In this document: positions 56,916-58,914 of the stretch, piece by piece | How the letters are laid out: every line of letters starts with the position of its first letter | How positions within the stretch are numbered: the stretch's first letter is position 1 | Assembly (NCBI GenBank): GCA_044866355.1 | Contig: JBIOTW010000037.1 | Coordinates: 1-58,914, forward strand | Reading direction: 5' to 3' | DNA: 58,914 nucleotides | Source: Candidatus Limnocylindria bacterium | GTDB taxonomy: Bacteria; Chloroflexota; Limnocylindria; QHBO01 | Made by a program: the position numbers and the translations under genes | Notes under the pieces: model-generated | Database searches by the model: none | Seen by the model: the letters and a program-made list of their open reading frames with translations, nothing else | What the model was told of the DNA's origin: nothing

Positions 56916-58356
56916 GCGTCTGCAGACCGTGCTGGCCCGCGCTGGGCTCGGATCGCGGCGAGAGGCAGATGGCTGGGTTGCCGAGGGGAGGGTCACGGTG
57001 AACGGCGTGGTCGCCACCCCAGGCACGCGAATCGATGCTGCGGTCGATCGAATCGCCCTGGACGGGCGACCGGTGGCGGTCACTGGCGCATCGGCGGTCC
57101 ATCTGGCGATTCACAAGCCGCGTGGCGTGCTGTCCTCGGCGAAGGCCGCACATGGGCGGGTGGCGGTGGTCGATCTTGTCCGGCCTCGACCCCAAGGACG
57201 GCTATGGCCGGCCGGGCGCCTCGATGCCGATTCCGAGGGGCTCATGCTCCTGACCAACGATGGCGCGTGGGCACAGCGGGTGCTGCATCCGCGGTATGGG
57301 ACGCAGCGGGAATATGTCGTGGAGCTCGACCGTCCGCCCCACCCGGCCGACCTTGATCGTCTTCTGGCCGGGGTGGAGCTCGACGGCGTGCCGGCCCGCC
57401 TGCTGTCGGCCCGCCCGGGGCGTCGCCCGCCCCAGGTTGAGCGCGACCAGGGACCGGAGGGCGCCTGGCTCACCGTGCAGCTGGGCGAGGGTCGCAACCG
57501 CGAGGTCCGCCGCCTGTTCGCCGCGATCGGCTACCGGGTCCTTCGGTTGGTGCGCATCGCGGTCGGCCCGGTCACGCTTGACGGCCTGCCGCCGGGCGCC
57601 TGGCGCCCGCTGACCGCGCGCGAGGTCGAGGCCCTGGGCGGCACGGCGCCCACTCCGCCTCGCCGAACGGGGGCATCCCATCGGCGAATCGCCGTTGACG
57701 GAACTTCCGGGTCGGGGAAGAGCACCGTCGGCCGGGCGCTGGCCGACCGGATCGGCGCGCGTTTCGTGGACACCGGTCTCCTGTACCGCACCGTGGCCCT
57801 GGCCGTGCTGGAAGCCGGGATCGACCCGGATGACGAGCCAGCCGTGGCACGCCTGACTCGAGCTGCCCGAATTGAGGTTGAGCCGACCGACCGCGAAGAC
57901 GCCGGGGGTGCCAGCGATCGGGTGACCCTCAACGGGCGGGACGTGACGGCCCACCTGCGCGAGCCACGAATCGAGCGCGCAGTTCCGGCCGTGAGCCGCC
58001 ACGCGGCCGTGCGTCGGGCCATGCTCAAGGTCCAGCGCGACGCCGCGCGCGGGCAGGACACGGTGATGGTGGGACGCGACATCGGGACCGTCGTCATGCC
58101 CGACGCGGACCTGAAGGTCTTCCTTACTGCGGCGGTGGAGACCCGGGCCCGCCGGCGCGCGGCCCAGATGGGGCGACCCGACCGGCTCGCCAAATACCGG
58201 CGCGAGATCGAGGAACGCGACCACACGGACATGACCCGCCCCGTGGCGCCGCTCCGCCGCGCTCCCGGTGCCCTCGTCCTCGACACCGGGGAGCTGGACG
58301 TCGACGCCTGCGTCGACGTCATCGTCGAGGCCCTCGAGTCACCTGCCCGCACATGA
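56905..58356 (+). CDS. Fused pseudouridine synthase (RluB/RsuA family) and cytidylate kinase
   Basis: S4 ERLQTVLARAGLGSRR, GRLDADSEGL and EGRNREVRR, followed in the same frame by IAVDGTSGSGKST, VDTG, GRDIGTVV and KVFLTA. Confidence 0.92.
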   Translation: MPGERLQTVLARAGLGSRREADGWVAEGRVTVNGVVATPGTRIDAAVDRIALDGRPVAVTGASAVHLAIHKPRGVLSSAKAAHGRVAVVDLVRPRPQGRLWPAGRLDADSEGLMLLTNDGAWAQRVLHPRYGTQREYVVELDRPPHPADLDRLLAGVELDGVPARLLSARPGRRPPQVERDQGPEGAWLTVQLGEGRNREVRRLFAAIGYRVLRLVRIAVGPVTLDGLPPGAWRPLTAREVEALGGTAPTPPRRTGASHRRIAVDGTSGSGKSTVGRALADRIGARFVDTGLLYRTVALAVLEAGIDPDDEPAVARLTRAARIEVEPTDREDAGGASDRVTLNGRDVTAHLREPRIERAVPAVSRHAAVRRAMLKVQRDAARGQDTVMVGRDIGTVVMPDADLKVFLTAAVETRARRRAAQMGRPDRLAKYRREIEERDHTDMTRPVAPLRRAPGALVLDTGELDVDACVDVIVEALESPART

Positions 58357-58914
58357 CTGCCAGGATGCCGCGGCTGTGGGCTTACCGCCCCGTGGGCGTC
58401 CTCGTCGCCACGCTCCTCCGCCTCCTCGGCGGTGTCCGGAGCGTGGGCCTCGAGAACCTGCCGCGCATCGGCCCCGTCATCCTCGTCGCCAACCACTACA
58501 CCCTGGCCGACCCGCTGGTCGCCGGCGTCGGCACGGGTTGGCGTATCGGTCGGGTCGTGCACATGGTCAGCAAGGTCGAGGTCCGCGGGTGGCCGCTCAT
58601 CGGCTGGCTGGGGACCCAGGGGGGCGTCATCTACGTCAATCGCCGGGTAGGGGACCTCGGCGCCCAACGCCAGGCACTCGCCGCCCTGGCCGCGGAGCGC
58701 ATGCTGTTGATCTTTCCGGAGGGCACGCGCAGCCCCACCGGAGCGCTGATTCCGGGCCGCAATGGGGCCGCCCTGCTGGCCATGCGCAGCGGCGCACCCA
58801 TCGTCCCGCTGGGTTTGACCGGCACCGAAGGCATGCTCAGCCCGCTGGCCATCTTCGGGCCGCGACCGCGAGTCACGGTCCGCATCGGTCAGCCGTTCTC
58901 GCTCCCGCACCGGC
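58353..58914 (+). CDS. plsC: Lysophospholipid acyltransferase (PlsC family), runs off the window
   Basis: Manual translation from ATG 58353: ...GLENLPRIGPVILVANHYTLADP...IFPEGTRS. ATGA overlap with cmk. Confidence 0.9.
   Translation, partial: MTARMPRLWAYRPVGVLVATLLRLLGGVRSVGLENLPRIGPVILVANHYTLADPLVAGVGTGWRIGRVVHMVSKVEVRGWPLIGWLGTQGGVIYVNRRVGDLGAQRQALAALAAERMLLIFPEGTRSPTGALIPGRNGAALLAMRSGAPIVPLGLTGTEGMLSPLAIFGPRPRVTVRIGQPFSLPHR

Overview
High-GC bacterial chromosomal window with almost all genes on the + strand and mostly housekeeping content. Chloroflexota affiliation is inferred, not proven, from the Arg-tipped EF-P loop, the EDPR-type MurE and many apparently leaderless genes. Gene order: slipin-nfeD (-), tRNA(CAT)-tilS, ftsH, stand-alone DnaB-like ATPase, HAD, thpR, TIGR00725, a lower-GC three-gene Tad minor-pilin cassette (-), NUDIX, second nfeD-SPFH pair, alpha/beta hydrolase, REC-CpaE, comM-dprA-(Ig/CAP)-topA-xerC-murJ-femAB-murE-femAB-relA, GT-C glycosyltransferase (-), hisS-aspS, orphan ectC (-), iscS-mnmA-2 small genes-alaS-ruvX-mltG-pepQ-efp-xseAB-dxs-tlyA-RHH-nadK-xerD-PH/SHOCT-pnp-S2P-HD-scpAB-rluB/cmk fusion-plsC (partial). 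I found no transposase, prophage or CRISPR array. The most unusual signal is non-coding architecture: at four gene junctions (efp-xseA, mnmA-next gene, S2P-HD, ytxH-alaS) short tandem repeats of period 14 or 20 nt encode 5-7 codon micro-ORFs linked by ATGA/GTGA stop-start overlaps, an apparent translational relay into the downstream gene. Other points of interest are a shared TAGTCCnATCG motif upstream of promoters, a 23-bp bidirectional leaderless promoter, a CRP-like site at -41.5 with a switchable leader, an orphan EctC, and a CAT tRNA co-transcribed with tilS. All calls come from reading the sequence; no database searches were run.
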